NCBI GenBank assembly: GCA_030018935.1
Contig: JASEGZ010000004.1
Span: forward strand, 918-64,917
Reading direction: 5' to 3'
DNA from: Syntrophales bacterium
Lineage (GTDB): Bacteria > Desulfobacterota > Syntrophia > Syntrophales > CG2-30-49-12
DNA length: 64,000 bases
A program made the position numbers and the translations under genes. Positions 45,674-55,322 of this stretch are shown here, piece after piece; position 1 is the first letter of the stretch, and each line of letters begins with the position of its first letter. The notes under the pieces were generated by a model. That model saw only the letters and a list, made by a program, of their open reading frames with translations, did no database searches and had not been told where the DNA came from.

Positions 45674-46861
45674 TTATCCCTTTTCGTTCCCTAAGATCAC
45701 TACACAGGATACGCTGGGATGCCCTCCCAAGGTATGGGCCAGTCCCCTGTTTGCCTTTTTAATTTGGCGTTTCCCGCATTTGCCCTGAAGCTGCTTATAT
45801 ATCTCATAACACATCCTCAGGCCGGAGGCCCCGATGGGGTGTCCGAAACACTTCAAACCACCGTCGGTATTGACGGGAAGTTTTCCCTCCAGGGTGAATG
45901 TCCCCCCTTCGATATCTTCCCTTGCCCGTCCCCTCGGGGAAAAACCCAAATCCTCGTAGATAAGCAGTTCCGTAATCGTGAAACAATCGTGCACCACTGC
46001 CAGGTTGATTTCCTCCCGCGGATTCTCTATCCCCGCCTGTTCATAGGCCTGTTTGCTTGCGTTCTGTGTGGCGGCAAAGGTCGTCCAGTTGAATTCCGGT
46101 TCAAAGTGAGGGGCAATGGAGTTTTGTGCCAGTCCAATACCTTTGACGTATATCGGATCGTCACGGAATCTTTTTGCTATCTCGGCATTGCAGATGATGG
46201 CCGCAGCGGCGCCATCACTATTGCCACAGCAGTCATAGAGACCCAACGGTGAAGAAATAATGGGTGCATTTAAGACCTGCTCCAACGTTATTTCCGCCTG
46301 GAAATGTGCCTTTGGGTGCATACTCCCGTTGTGATGATTCTTTACCGCAATCATGCCGATAGCCCTTTTGCCCTCCTCATAGGAGAGGCCATACTCATGG
46401 AAGTACCTGTTGGCAGCGAAGGCGAAACTGCTCGGTGCGGTCCTTCTGACCTCCATCACCGGGTGCACTCCCCTGCCTGCCCCCAGGCCAGGAAATCCGC
46501 AGTCCTTTAACTTTTCAAACCCAAGGGCCAGGACGATATCGTACATCCCCGCCGCCACGCCGAAACATGCATTACGAAACGCCTCATGTCCTGTGGCACA
46601 CCAGTTCTCCACCCGGGTAACCGGTATTTGGTGAAGTTTCAGTGGTTCCGCCAGAGCGAGGCCGCCCATTCCTACCCAGTGGGAAGTGGTAGTTCCCACC
46701 CAGGCGGCCTGGATCTCCTTCGGATCTATACCGGCGTCCTCATAGGCCTCGTAGGCGGCCTCAATGATCATATCCTCCGGTCCCTTGTCCCAGTTCTCAC
46801 CAAATTTACAACACCCCATGCCAATAATGGCCACTCTATCTCTAATTCCTTCTTTTCTCAT
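45674..46861 (-). CDS. SCP-x/archaeal-type thiolase (DUF35-partnered acetyl-CoA C-acyltransferase family)
   Basis: VAIIGMGCCKFGE, active-site C in WCATGHEAF, and C-terminal GHPIGASG and LGGHPS blocks. 395 aa. Confidence 0.85.
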   Translation of the reverse strand: MRKEGIRDRVAIIGMGCCKFGENWDKGPEDMIIEAAYEAYEDAGIDPKEIQAAWVGTTTSHWVGMGGLALAEPLKLHQIPVTRVENWCATGHEAFRNACFGVAAGMYDIVLALGFEKLKDCGFPGLGAGRGVHPVMEVRRTAPSSFAFAANRYFHEYGLSYEEGKRAIGMIAVKNHHNGSMHPKAHFQAEITLEQVLNAPIISSPLGLYDCCGNSDGAAAAIICNAEIAKRFRDDPIYVKGIGLAQNSIAPHFEPEFNWTTFAATQNASKQAYEQAGIENPREEINLAVVHDCFTITELLIYEDLGFSPRGRAREDIEGGTFTLEGKLPVNTDGGLKCFGHPIGASGLRMCYEIYKQLQGKCGKRQIKKANRGLAHTLGGHPSVSCVVILGNEKG

Positions 46862-46889
46862 ATTCTAACCTCGTTTTTGATAAATTCGA

Positions 46890-46931
46890 ATGACCTATGA
46901 CTTACGACTTATGACCTATGACTTACGACTT
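46890..46931. repeat. tandem 21-nt (3 x 7) repeat ATGACCTATGACTTACGACTT x2
   Basis: Two exact 21-nt units built from 7-mers ATGACCT/ATGACTT/ACGACTT. Lies between the HMGCS-DUF35 stop codon, which it touches, and the thiolase start. Confidence 0.8.
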
Positions 46932-48324
46932 ATAATCCAATCGGACGGCATTTCCAATAGTAATTGTAAAAACCGGCCTCCTCATGAAATCGTCTATAGA
47001 TCATCTCCACAGGGGCCTCTATCTTTATCTCCTCAGGTTCGCAATCGGTCATCAGACAGTAGATACGGGCCCCGACTTCAGTTTCTACAATTGTTTGGAT
47101 GGTTGGCGGATTCGGTCCACCGGCCAGGTTATCGAGAGAATATGAAAAGACCTTTCCTTTCTTACCGGATAGGGGAAACTCCTCAAAGTTATCCTTGCTC
47201 TTACAGGAATAACATACCCGTTGAATGGGAAAAGTTATTAAGCCGCATACATTGCATTTACTTCCATGCAAAGCGGCAGACCATTTTCTTGTCCTCCACA
47301 TTACAGAGGCAGAGGGGAAGAGACGTATAAGCTCCTGAGGTGTCTGCACCAATCCACGAAAGGCGAGATATTTCTGGTAACTAAGCTCCTTACCCGCCTC
47401 GAGGGTCAATCCTGTTACTGAGGAAGCGTCTCTTTCCCCCATTTCAAGCAGAAGGGTATCGCTTCCACTGCCAAAGTTTGCCCAGAGGATCGTCTCGCCT
47501 GGTTTTGCCGCGGCAAGGGCAGAAGCGAGCATCATTAAAGCCTGGGCAGAGCCGGTATTCCCTGTCCTGTCCACCAGAGAATCCTGTATCTGTTCCGGTT
47601 TAAACCCCAATTTCTTTGCTACCCGCTGGTGGCTTGTTCCCTCGGGACTGTACATGACCAATTTATCTACTCTGTCGGCCTGCAGATTATTTCTCTCCAT
47701 GATGGCAGTTATGGAATGAGTTATATCCTTCTCATAACCCATCTGGACGATAAAACGATCCTCCCATGTCTTCACAAAATTGTCCTTATCCATTCTCCAT
47801 ACGTCGGTAATATCGTTCCAGGCCGAATAAGAATCTTTGATATGGCAGATTATATCTGAATCTCCAAGGAGGACCGCTGCCCCCCCATCCCCCATAATAC
47901 CCTCCAGAGGGGAACGGGGAAGGGTAGGGCGACAATCGGCAGTGACGACAAGAATATCTCCCAGGCCTGCTTTTACCGCATCTATAGCAGCAATCAAGGC
48001 ATTCGTACTTGACCTTGTTGAACCCCCAAAATCACCGGTACGAATGCCAGGGGAAAGATCGAGCACCCCTGCGCAGATAGCGGCACATTGTTTCTCCCAA
48101 TACGGAGCGGTAGTAGAGGCAAAGTAAAGCCCTTTTATCTTATCCCTGTTTTCCTGCTGCAAACACTTAAAACCGGCCTCGATCGCCATGGTGACGCTAT
48201 CTTCGTCAAAATTGGCCACCCGCCTCTCTCCTTTTCCCGCTTTAGCGCCCCAGGCCATGCCGATTGTCTTTCTGCTCAAACGGTAATAGGGGAGATGAAC
48301 TGCAATCTTTTTAATTCCAACCAT
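46930..48324 (-). CDS. HMG-CoA-synthase-like condensing enzyme fused to a C-terminal DUF35 zinc-ribbon/OB-fold domain
   Basis: The N-terminal ~345 aa has a thiolase-superfamily HMGCS-like pattern (KIAVHLPYYRL..., TADCRP, NTGSA). The C-terminal part has CNVCG...CYSC (zinc ribbon) followed by an OB-like segment. Confidence 0.72.
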   Translation of the reverse strand: MVGIKKIAVHLPYYRLSRKTIGMAWGAKAGKGERRVANFDEDSVTMAIEAGFKCLQQENRDKIKGLYFASTTAPYWEKQCAAICAGVLDLSPGIRTGDFGGSTRSSTNALIAAIDAVKAGLGDILVVTADCRPTLPRSPLEGIMGDGGAAVLLGDSDIICHIKDSYSAWNDITDVWRMDKDNFVKTWEDRFIVQMGYEKDITHSITAIMERNNLQADRVDKLVMYSPEGTSHQRVAKKLGFKPEQIQDSLVDRTGNTGSAQALMMLASALAAAKPGETILWANFGSGSDTLLLEMGERDASSVTGLTLEAGKELSYQKYLAFRGLVQTPQELIRLFPSASVMWRTRKWSAALHGSKCNVCGLITFPIQRVCYSCKSKDNFEEFPLSGKKGKVFSYSLDNLAGGPNPPTIQTIVETEVGARIYCLMTDCEPEEIKIEAPVEMIYRRFHEEAGFYNYYWKCRPIGL

Positions 48325-48365
48325 AAAAAACGCCTCCTTTTTTTCATAAAACTTTTGACAATATC

Positions 48366-49946
48366 TTAAAGAGGGATATTCCCATGCTTCTTCCAGGGTC
48401 TTACTTCTTCTTTATTTGCAAAGCAGGCTAAGGCGTTTGATAATTGCGGTCTTGTATCGCGGGGGTCTATTATATCTTGGATTAATTGCCGCGCTCCAGC
48501 ATGATATAAGTTATTATATTTCTGGACGAATTCTTCTATCCTCTTTTTTCGAACCTCTTCGCGATTTTCCGCAGTCTTTAATTCCTTTTCATAAATGGTA
48601 TTAACGGCGAGTTCTGGGTCTAAGAATCCTACTTTTGCCGTCGGCCAGGCAACTGTTAAATCTACTCCCATCGGTCCTGTGCCCATGACGAATTCAGCAT
48701 AACCGGAACACTCCCCTACATAAATAGTAATCTTAGGGACAGTAGCCTCACAGATAGCGTAGGGAACCTTTGCCGCATGTCGTTCCAATCCTAACTCCTC
48801 TTGCTCTTTGCTGGGAAGAAAACCTACGCTATCTACTAAGAAAATTAGAGGAATATTAAACGCGTCACAGAACCTGATAAATCTCGCCATTTTATCCGAG
48901 GAATCCCTATCTATAGCGCCCTGCATTACTTGAGGATTATTGGCCACTATTCCAACTGTCTGGCCACTTAGGCGGGCGAGACCTATAATTGCGTTTTTTG
49001 CATAAACTGGCTTTATCTCGAAGAAATGACGGTTATCTATGAGACGATAGATGATTTCATACATATCTCTCTTTTCAGCAAGGTTCAACAGCTCCTCATC
49101 TCTCCGGGTGGAAGGGTCGCCAGTATCAATGATAGGTGGTCGTTCTCTATAGTTCGATGGCAGAAAACTCAAAAGCTCTCTGGTCTTTCCTATTCCCTCT
49201 TCATCAGAATCAACGACCAAATCAGAAGTGCCACTTATTTCAGCATGAACCTCAGAGCTTCCAATATCTGCATAAGTCACCACCTCTCCTGTAACATCTT
49301 TAATTGCCGGAGGAGAACAAAGAGCCATGAAAACTTCAGGACTTCTACGCATGATCAAGAAATCTTTTAGTATGGGCGAATAGGAAGAACCTGCGAATTG
49401 CGGCCCCAGCAGTAAAGCGATCTGTGGTATTACCCCTGATGCCCAGGGAGGGGAATACATAAAGCTTCCTGTTTCACCTATTCCGTAGCCACTAATGGGT
49501 GCCCTAAACGTAGGTTCACCCATCATGTCTTGTATCCTTATCCCGGCACTATCCACTATTCCCACATAAGGGATCATCATTTTGGTAGCTGTGTCAATTG
49601 CTTTGGTTACTTTGCTATGCTGCACCGCAGATTGCGTCCCGCTCATTTCGGTAAAATCATGGGCGTATGCATAGACCCAACGCCCATGTACTTTGCCAAA
49701 ACCGATAACCACTGCATCGCCAGGAAGGGATCGGGCATCAATATCATCAAAGCCTGTCCTCATAGGCTGAGCCCATAACTCTGATTCATGGAAGGTTCCT
49801 GAATCAAAGAGCAACTCGATCCTTTCCCTGGCTGTTAGCTTCCCCTTTCCACGCTGTCTCTCTATTTCCTTTGGCCCGCCTCCTAACTTATTCTTCTCCC
49901 TCTCCTGTTCTATTTCCCTGATTTTTTCTCTTATTTTTCCCTCCAT
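48366..49946 (-). CDS. acyl-CoA carboxyltransferase (PccB / MmdA / GcdA family)
   Basis: GKLTARERIELLFD.GTF.E, GDAVVIGFGKVHGR, FTEMSGT, and the second-half carboxyltransferase domain. 526 aa. Confidence 0.88.
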   Translation of the reverse strand: MEGKIREKIREIEQEREKNKLGGGPKEIERQRGKGKLTARERIELLFDSGTFHESELWAQPMRTGFDDIDARSLPGDAVVIGFGKVHGRWVYAYAHDFTEMSGTQSAVQHSKVTKAIDTATKMMIPYVGIVDSAGIRIQDMMGEPTFRAPISGYGIGETGSFMYSPPWASGVIPQIALLLGPQFAGSSYSPILKDFLIMRRSPEVFMALCSPPAIKDVTGEVVTYADIGSSEVHAEISGTSDLVVDSDEEGIGKTRELLSFLPSNYRERPPIIDTGDPSTRRDEELLNLAEKRDMYEIIYRLIDNRHFFEIKPVYAKNAIIGLARLSGQTVGIVANNPQVMQGAIDRDSSDKMARFIRFCDAFNIPLIFLVDSVGFLPSKEQEELGLERHAAKVPYAICEATVPKITIYVGECSGYAEFVMGTGPMGVDLTVAWPTAKVGFLDPELAVNTIYEKELKTAENREEVRKKRIEEFVQKYNNLYHAGARQLIQDIIDPRDTRPQLSNALACFANKEEVRPWKKHGNIPL

Positions 49947-49975
49947 TTCACACCTCGCTAAGGGGATAACTGATA

Positions 49976-51511
49976 TTACAAATTGATATTCTCGTGCTTC
50001 CTCGGCGGTCTTCCTTCTTTTTTATCGGCTGTGCTTTTTAATGCTCTGATAATAGCCTGTCTTGTTAAGCGCGGATCAATGATGTCCTCGTTTGTCTCAG
50101 AAGAAAACCTCTGTACCTGCACTTCCATTACCTCAGTTCCTCTGCGCTTTATTTCCGCCGCTTCTTCAGGGGTTTTCGCTCGCTTTATCCTGCCCAAATA
50201 AACGACAGAGGCGAGCGCGGCAGCTCCCATTACTCCACGCTCTACAGTAGGCCACGCTAAATAGCGGTCTGCCTTAGTGAAATTCACCGGCATAACTAAC
50301 TGTGCCCCGCCATAAAGTTTCCTTACAATTACATTGATCTTAGGGACGGTAGCTTCTGAGGTGGCATGTATCACCATAGTGCCATGACGAAGGATACCTT
50401 TACGTTCCTCAACAGCACTGGGTAAAAACGCAGGACAATCAGAAAAATATACTATTGGTATATTAAAGGCATCACAAAATCGAGTAAAGCGAGCATGCTT
50501 ATCTGCGCTATCGGTATCTTCACATCCTCCTTTCCAACCTGAGTTATTCGCTATTATTCCTGCAGTTTGCCCATTAAACCGGGCAAAACCCACGCTTAAA
50601 TTTCGTGCGTAATCTCTGTTAACTTCAAAATAATAACCGTTATCTACCGCCCTTTTAATTACTTCACGGGTATCAAACCACTTACTCAGGTCAGCCGGCA
50701 CTACTTCGAGGATATCTTCCATCACCCTATCAGGGTCATCTCCAGTCTCAACAATGGGAGGCATTTCCTCGTTATTTGATGGCAAAAAGCTTATTAATTC
50801 TCTACATTTTTCCAAACAATCACCTTCATCTCTTGCCAGCACACTACAGCATCCGCTTCTCCCTGAGTGCATTTTAGCATCGCCTATCTCCCGGCCAGTA
50901 ACCAGCGGGGGTGGGGGAGCCACGTGCATATAGCTTGTCCCTCTGACCATGAAAACAAAATCTGTTAGGACAGCCGATAATGCGGCAGGCCCGACGCAAG
51001 GACCCATTACAAGCGAAACCTGAGGAATTACCCCCGAGGAAAGGGTCTGGAAACGCATCATCAAACCTGGAGTAAAATGACTGTGAGCATGAACTAAGTT
51101 TTGTATTCTCATCCCTTCCGAGTCATACATCCCTATTATAGGACATCTTTCCTTAAGGGCCTTCTCCATTACGGTAACTATTTTCCTGATATGGTTTTCA
51201 GCCATAGTGCCGCCTAAAACGGTAGCATCCTGCGCCCAAACGAAGACAGGTCGCCCGTTTATTTCCCCTTGCCCCACAATCACAGCGTCTCCAGGAGCAT
51301 CTACCTCATCAATATCAAAACCTGTTTTGTAGGCCGAACTCCAAAGATCTATTTCCTGAAAACTGCCCTGGTCTAGAAGCTTCTCTATTCTTTCCCTCGC
51401 AGTGAGTTTACCCTGCTGGTGGACCTTCTCTATCTCGGAAGGTCCACCTCCCCATTTCAACCTTTTGATCGTTGCTTCTCTTTCTTCCCATTTATCCCTT
51501 AAAGTGACCAT
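49976..51511 (-). CDS. acyl-CoA carboxyltransferase (PccB / MmdA / GcdA family), paralog
   Basis: GKLTARERIEKLLDQGSFQE, GDAVIVGQGEINGRPVFVWAQD, LGGTM. 511 aa. It is clearly diverged from the downstream paralog. Confidence 0.88.
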   Translation of the reverse strand: MVTLRDKWEEREATIKRLKWGGGPSEIEKVHQQGKLTARERIEKLLDQGSFQEIDLWSSAYKTGFDIDEVDAPGDAVIVGQGEINGRPVFVWAQDATVLGGTMAENHIRKIVTVMEKALKERCPIIGMYDSEGMRIQNLVHAHSHFTPGLMMRFQTLSSGVIPQVSLVMGPCVGPAALSAVLTDFVFMVRGTSYMHVAPPPPLVTGREIGDAKMHSGRSGCCSVLARDEGDCLEKCRELISFLPSNNEEMPPIVETGDDPDRVMEDILEVVPADLSKWFDTREVIKRAVDNGYYFEVNRDYARNLSVGFARFNGQTAGIIANNSGWKGGCEDTDSADKHARFTRFCDAFNIPIVYFSDCPAFLPSAVEERKGILRHGTMVIHATSEATVPKINVIVRKLYGGAQLVMPVNFTKADRYLAWPTVERGVMGAAALASVVYLGRIKRAKTPEEAAEIKRRGTEVMEVQVQRFSSETNEDIIDPRLTRQAIIRALKSTADKKEGRPPRKHENINL

Positions 51512-51526
51512 TTATTTTCTCCTTCT

Positions 51527-53980
51527 TCATGCGGCAAGCTCCTGCTCAGTTCTGGCGATAATCTGATCTTGAAGCCCCTTCTCTAAATCAACGAAGTAAG
51601 CGCTAAAGCCAGCTACCCGGATTACTAAGTCCCCATACTCTTCCGGATTTTGCTGGGCATCAATGAAAGCTTCCCTATCCAGAACATTGAATTGGATATG
51701 GTGAATCCCTAAATCAACGAAGGTGCGAAGGTAGGAAGCAAAGACATCTTTATATTCCTCAGTTAGATACTGAGGGGTAAATTTTTGATTAAGTAGATGG
51801 GTCATAGTCCCCTTATGGTCTATCTTAGCCACAGAGTTGAGGACCGCCGTGGGACCTTTCTTGTCTGTGCCAATCTCAGGGGAAATCGTCCCATCATTGA
51901 CGTTTTGACGGTCTTTCCTCCCATCAGGAGTGGCCCCAAGAAGCCCACTATAGGCAAAATAGGTAGCGCCCCCTGTGCCATCCTCAAGCCAGTCTCCGCC
52001 CCAAATGTTCTTAAAGCTCCTGATAACCTGCGTAGTTCTTGAGTAGATATCCCTTGCCAGCGAATCAACATAATCATCATCGTTGCCGAATTTGGGGGCA
52101 TTGATGAACATCTGGCGTAGCTCTTCTTTCCCTTCCCAGTTGTTTTTCAAGGCGTCTATAAGTTCATCCATAGTAACCTTTTTCTCATCGAAGATGAGTT
52201 TCTTTATGGCGGCTAAGGAATTAACCAGGGTTATTTGCCCCACAGGTTGAATAATCGTATTAGGAAAGAATTTATAATGCCGGCAATCCTTAGCATTTTC
52301 AATACAACCGTCGAGCAAGGCGGAAAGGAAAGGCTGATATAAATATTTCCCATCCAGAACATCCACCAGGTTACAAATAGCAATATGTCTCTCCATAAAA
52401 AATCTTAACTGGGTGAGATAGGCTTGTATCACATCCTCTATGGAGGTCCAGGTGCGTGGATCACCGCTATCAACACCCCACTTCTTACCGCTGAATTTAT
52501 TCCACCCCTGATATAGGGCATACTCTAAGTGTTTGGGTAAAACTTCATAGCCCCCCAGGGCGCGACAACCTAAAGGCTTGCCCGGAATGGCCCATCTCAT
52601 GCACCCTTCAGTGGAGTAATCGAGGGCGTCCTCATGGGAAATACCAAAGCTTTCAAGGTAGGGAATCATCATTTCGTCGTTGAAGAAAGAGTAAATGCCG
52701 GCATTTATCCGTTGTGAGTCAGCGATCTTATATAGGAATTGCGTTGGAGTATCCCTGTGAAGCCTTATCGCCAGTGCCGGCTGAGCTAACTTTGTCGTAT
52801 TAGCCGCATCCATGGCTAAATAGGTCATCTCATTGGTGACATCTTTTCCCTCACGGGTCTGCCCTCCCAGGGTCAAAACCCGCGCCGTCATTAAGGTCAT
52901 GCCACCACCCGCCTGCACCGGAGGGACCAATTGTCCTTCCTCATTCATCTTGAGGAAGAGGTGCTCTACCAGTTCCTGGGCCTCGAGCCTGGTAAACCTC
53001 TTCTCCTCTTCTACATCCTTCCTGTAGAAGGGATACATAATCTGGTCAAATCTATCCCCTCCTCCAGGCGTCTGCAGGTCAAGTATGCGAGTAACAAGGA
53101 ATATAAACCAGTAGCACTGGAGAACTTCATGGAGAGTTCGGGCTGGATTTGCTGGCACCTGCTCCCACACCCGAGCCATCTCCTCCAACTCCTTCTTCCT
53201 CTTGCCATCCGTCTCCCTCTGCGCCTCCTCTGTTAACTTCTCTGCCCACCTTTGCCCATATCTAATGCCTGCCTCTAAAGATATTATAACTGCTTGAAGA
53301 AACTGCTTTTTATCCAGATAATCGGCGGCAAGGTATTCATCTGGATTTGAATCAAGTTTTTTTAGCCTCTCCTTTGCCTCCTCTAATATCCCCTTCAGTC
53401 CCCATTTAAATACCTTTTCGTAATTAGCTACTCCGGTGCGCCCACCGTGCAGCCAGGACATAGCTCCATGGTTATTGTAAAACCAGTAAGGTAGCACTTC
53501 GGGAGGGAGCAATTGTCTTTCCATCCCATGCACCGCTTTATTTGAGAAGTACTTATGAATTTCATGAAGTTCCTGCCTCTCCTCGTCGCTGAGCAGGGTT
53601 TTATAGTCCGTATCGAGGGCTTTATCCAGCCACCTCCACCAAAGCTCAGGATAGGTGACCACACTATCGGGCTTACCATTAATATTCCCCACGATCCGTT
53701 CATCAGGGAGGATGTACAGGGTCATATTATCTAAAAGCTTGGCTAAGCCCCTCGCTCTTTGAAGCACTGGTGGTTCCCCTAATGCCTCAGCTTCCTTATA
53801 TCCCATGGCGACTAAGCGTGCCCTCTCGATATCAAGTGTTATACCTTCACGATAAGGGATGCGCGCTACATCCTTTTCCCCAGCCAATATCCTCCCTTTA
53901 CCCCTCATAGCCTTACTCCAATAGGCTCTTCGCTTTCTCATCTCCTCTGTAATTCTCTTTTCAGTTTCTACCTGGGCCAT
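51527..53980 (-). CDS. glycyl radical enzyme (PFL2/dehydratase-like family, specificity unknown)
   Basis: 817 aa. N-terminal ERARL...LYILPDERIVGN, Cys loop STEGCMRW, KFGNDDDYVD, GATPDGR, and the C-terminal glycine-radical motif VIRVAGFSAYFVDL...QDQIIARTE. Confidence 0.92.
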   Translation of the reverse strand: MAQVETEKRITEEMRKRRAYWSKAMRGKGRILAGEKDVARIPYREGITLDIERARLVAMGYKEAEALGEPPVLQRARGLAKLLDNMTLYILPDERIVGNINGKPDSVVTYPELWWRWLDKALDTDYKTLLSDEERQELHEIHKYFSNKAVHGMERQLLPPEVLPYWFYNNHGAMSWLHGGRTGVANYEKVFKWGLKGILEEAKERLKKLDSNPDEYLAADYLDKKQFLQAVIISLEAGIRYGQRWAEKLTEEAQRETDGKRKKELEEMARVWEQVPANPARTLHEVLQCYWFIFLVTRILDLQTPGGGDRFDQIMYPFYRKDVEEEKRFTRLEAQELVEHLFLKMNEEGQLVPPVQAGGGMTLMTARVLTLGGQTREGKDVTNEMTYLAMDAANTTKLAQPALAIRLHRDTPTQFLYKIADSQRINAGIYSFFNDEMMIPYLESFGISHEDALDYSTEGCMRWAIPGKPLGCRALGGYEVLPKHLEYALYQGWNKFSGKKWGVDSGDPRTWTSIEDVIQAYLTQLRFFMERHIAICNLVDVLDGKYLYQPFLSALLDGCIENAKDCRHYKFFPNTIIQPVGQITLVNSLAAIKKLIFDEKKVTMDELIDALKNNWEGKEELRQMFINAPKFGNDDDYVDSLARDIYSRTTQVIRSFKNIWGGDWLEDGTGGATYFAYSGLLGATPDGRKDRQNVNDGTISPEIGTDKKGPTAVLNSVAKIDHKGTMTHLLNQKFTPQYLTEEYKDVFASYLRTFVDLGIHHIQFNVLDREAFIDAQQNPEEYGDLVIRVAGFSAYFVDLEKGLQDQIIARTEQELAA

Positions 53981-54114
53981 TTTGCTAACCTCCTTTTTTG
54001 AAACTTAAGAACCTTCAGTCACTTAGAACAAAGTCCCATGCCGCTTTCCCATTGAATTAGAATAGCATACCGATTTTCCGCAATAATACAACTCTTGTTT
54101 GCCATGCAAGAGAT

Positions 54115-55272
54115 TCAAAGAGAATCATTTATCGTGCCATTTAACACGGCCCTTGCAGTATGCACTCTCGCGATCTGATTTGTCCCTTCCATATAATGAG
54201 AAGATTTTATGTCTCTCATTATTCTCTCTAATGGATGATCCATCATATATCCATGCCCGCCTAAGACATCCATCGCATAATTAGCCACCTCAAGTGCCTT
54301 CTCAGTGACAAAACATTTAGTAAGCGCGGCAAATCCTGGAGTTCTCTCCTTTTTCTTTGGATCGTCCATCATAGAAGCAACTCGGTATAACAGAGAGCGA
54401 GAAGCCTCTATACGTATAGCCATTTCCGCAAGCAGCATCTGAACTGCCTGGAATTCAGATATCTTCCTGCCAAAGGCTACTCTCTCCTTAGCGTATCTGG
54501 TGGCGTAATCCAAAGCGGCTTCAGCTGCACCGAATGCCGTAGAAGCGACATAAAGGCGAGTGGGATTTATTGCCTCAAATCCCAATTTCATTCCCTCCCC
54601 TTCACCACCTAGCAGATTCTCCTTTGGCACCCGGACATCTGTTAAAGAAATGTCTGCTGTTGGTCCACAATGCTTCCCCATTTCTTCATTTATTCTCTCT
54701 ATATTTACTCCTTCTGTTTTCCTATCTACCACAAATGCTCCTATTCCATCTAACCCTTTTTCTGGACTCAATTTGGCAAAAAGAACATAGAAATCTGCCA
54801 CTCCCCCTTGTGTGACAAAACATTTTCCTCCGTTTATAACATATTCATCTCCTTCTAAAACAGCCTTTGTTCTTATTGCTCCCACATCACTCCCCGCATC
54901 AGGCTCAGTTATGGAGAAGGCGGGGAATTCACCATCAGCTAACCTCTTGAGATATTTCTTCTTCGCTACTTCATTCTTTGATCCCTTAAAGCAATTCACT
55001 ACCGATGACGGCGCCCCTAACATATAACCCACCACTATACTTGCTTTAGAAAGCTCCTCTATGCCTAAGCAGTTCATAAGAACACTGTCATATCCTCCAT
55101 ACTCTTCAGGAAGGGGCAGCAAATGGAATCCGTGATCTATCAGCATTTTGGCGACATCGAAAGGGAAATCCCCAATTTTATCTATTTCCCCCATCTTCGG
55201 CTCTATTTCCTTGGATACTATCTTTCTAATTGCTTGCTGCACCATCCTTTGTTCTTCGGTAAGTTCATACAT
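54115..55272 (-). CDS. acyl-CoA dehydrogenase
   Basis: Start ATG 55272 (GGGAGGTG upstream). ELTEEQ..., FSITEPDAGSD, and a C-terminal catalytic-Glu region YMEGTNQI. Confidence 0.9.
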   Translation of the reverse strand: MYELTEEQRMVQQAIRKIVSKEIEPKMGEIDKIGDFPFDVAKMLIDHGFHLLPLPEEYGGYDSVLMNCLGIEELSKASIVVGYMLGAPSSVVNCFKGSKNEVAKKKYLKRLADGEFPAFSITEPDAGSDVGAIRTKAVLEGDEYVINGGKCFVTQGGVADFYVLFAKLSPEKGLDGIGAFVVDRKTEGVNIERINEEMGKHCGPTADISLTDVRVPKENLLGGEGEGMKLGFEAINPTRLYVASTAFGAAEAALDYATRYAKERVAFGRKISEFQAVQMLLAEMAIRIEASRSLLYRVASMMDDPKKKERTPGFAALTKCFVTEKALEVANYAMDVLGGHGYMMDHPLERIMRDIKSSHYMEGTNQIARVHTARAVLNGTINDSL

Positions 55273-55322
55273 ACTTCCTCTACACCTCCCCTTCTTACTT
55301 AACTTTCTCAAATTTAATTTTT

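Noticed and set aside
51527-53980. Calling the 817-aa GRE a benzylsuccinate/alkylsuccinate synthase
   Set aside because: The context is suggestive (ACADs, thiolase/DUF35, carboxyltransferases, an AAA+ ATPase). However, no small beta/gamma subunit ORFs flank it and no activase is adjacent. I also cannot verify fumarate-binding residues by eye, so it is kept as a GRE of unknown specificity.
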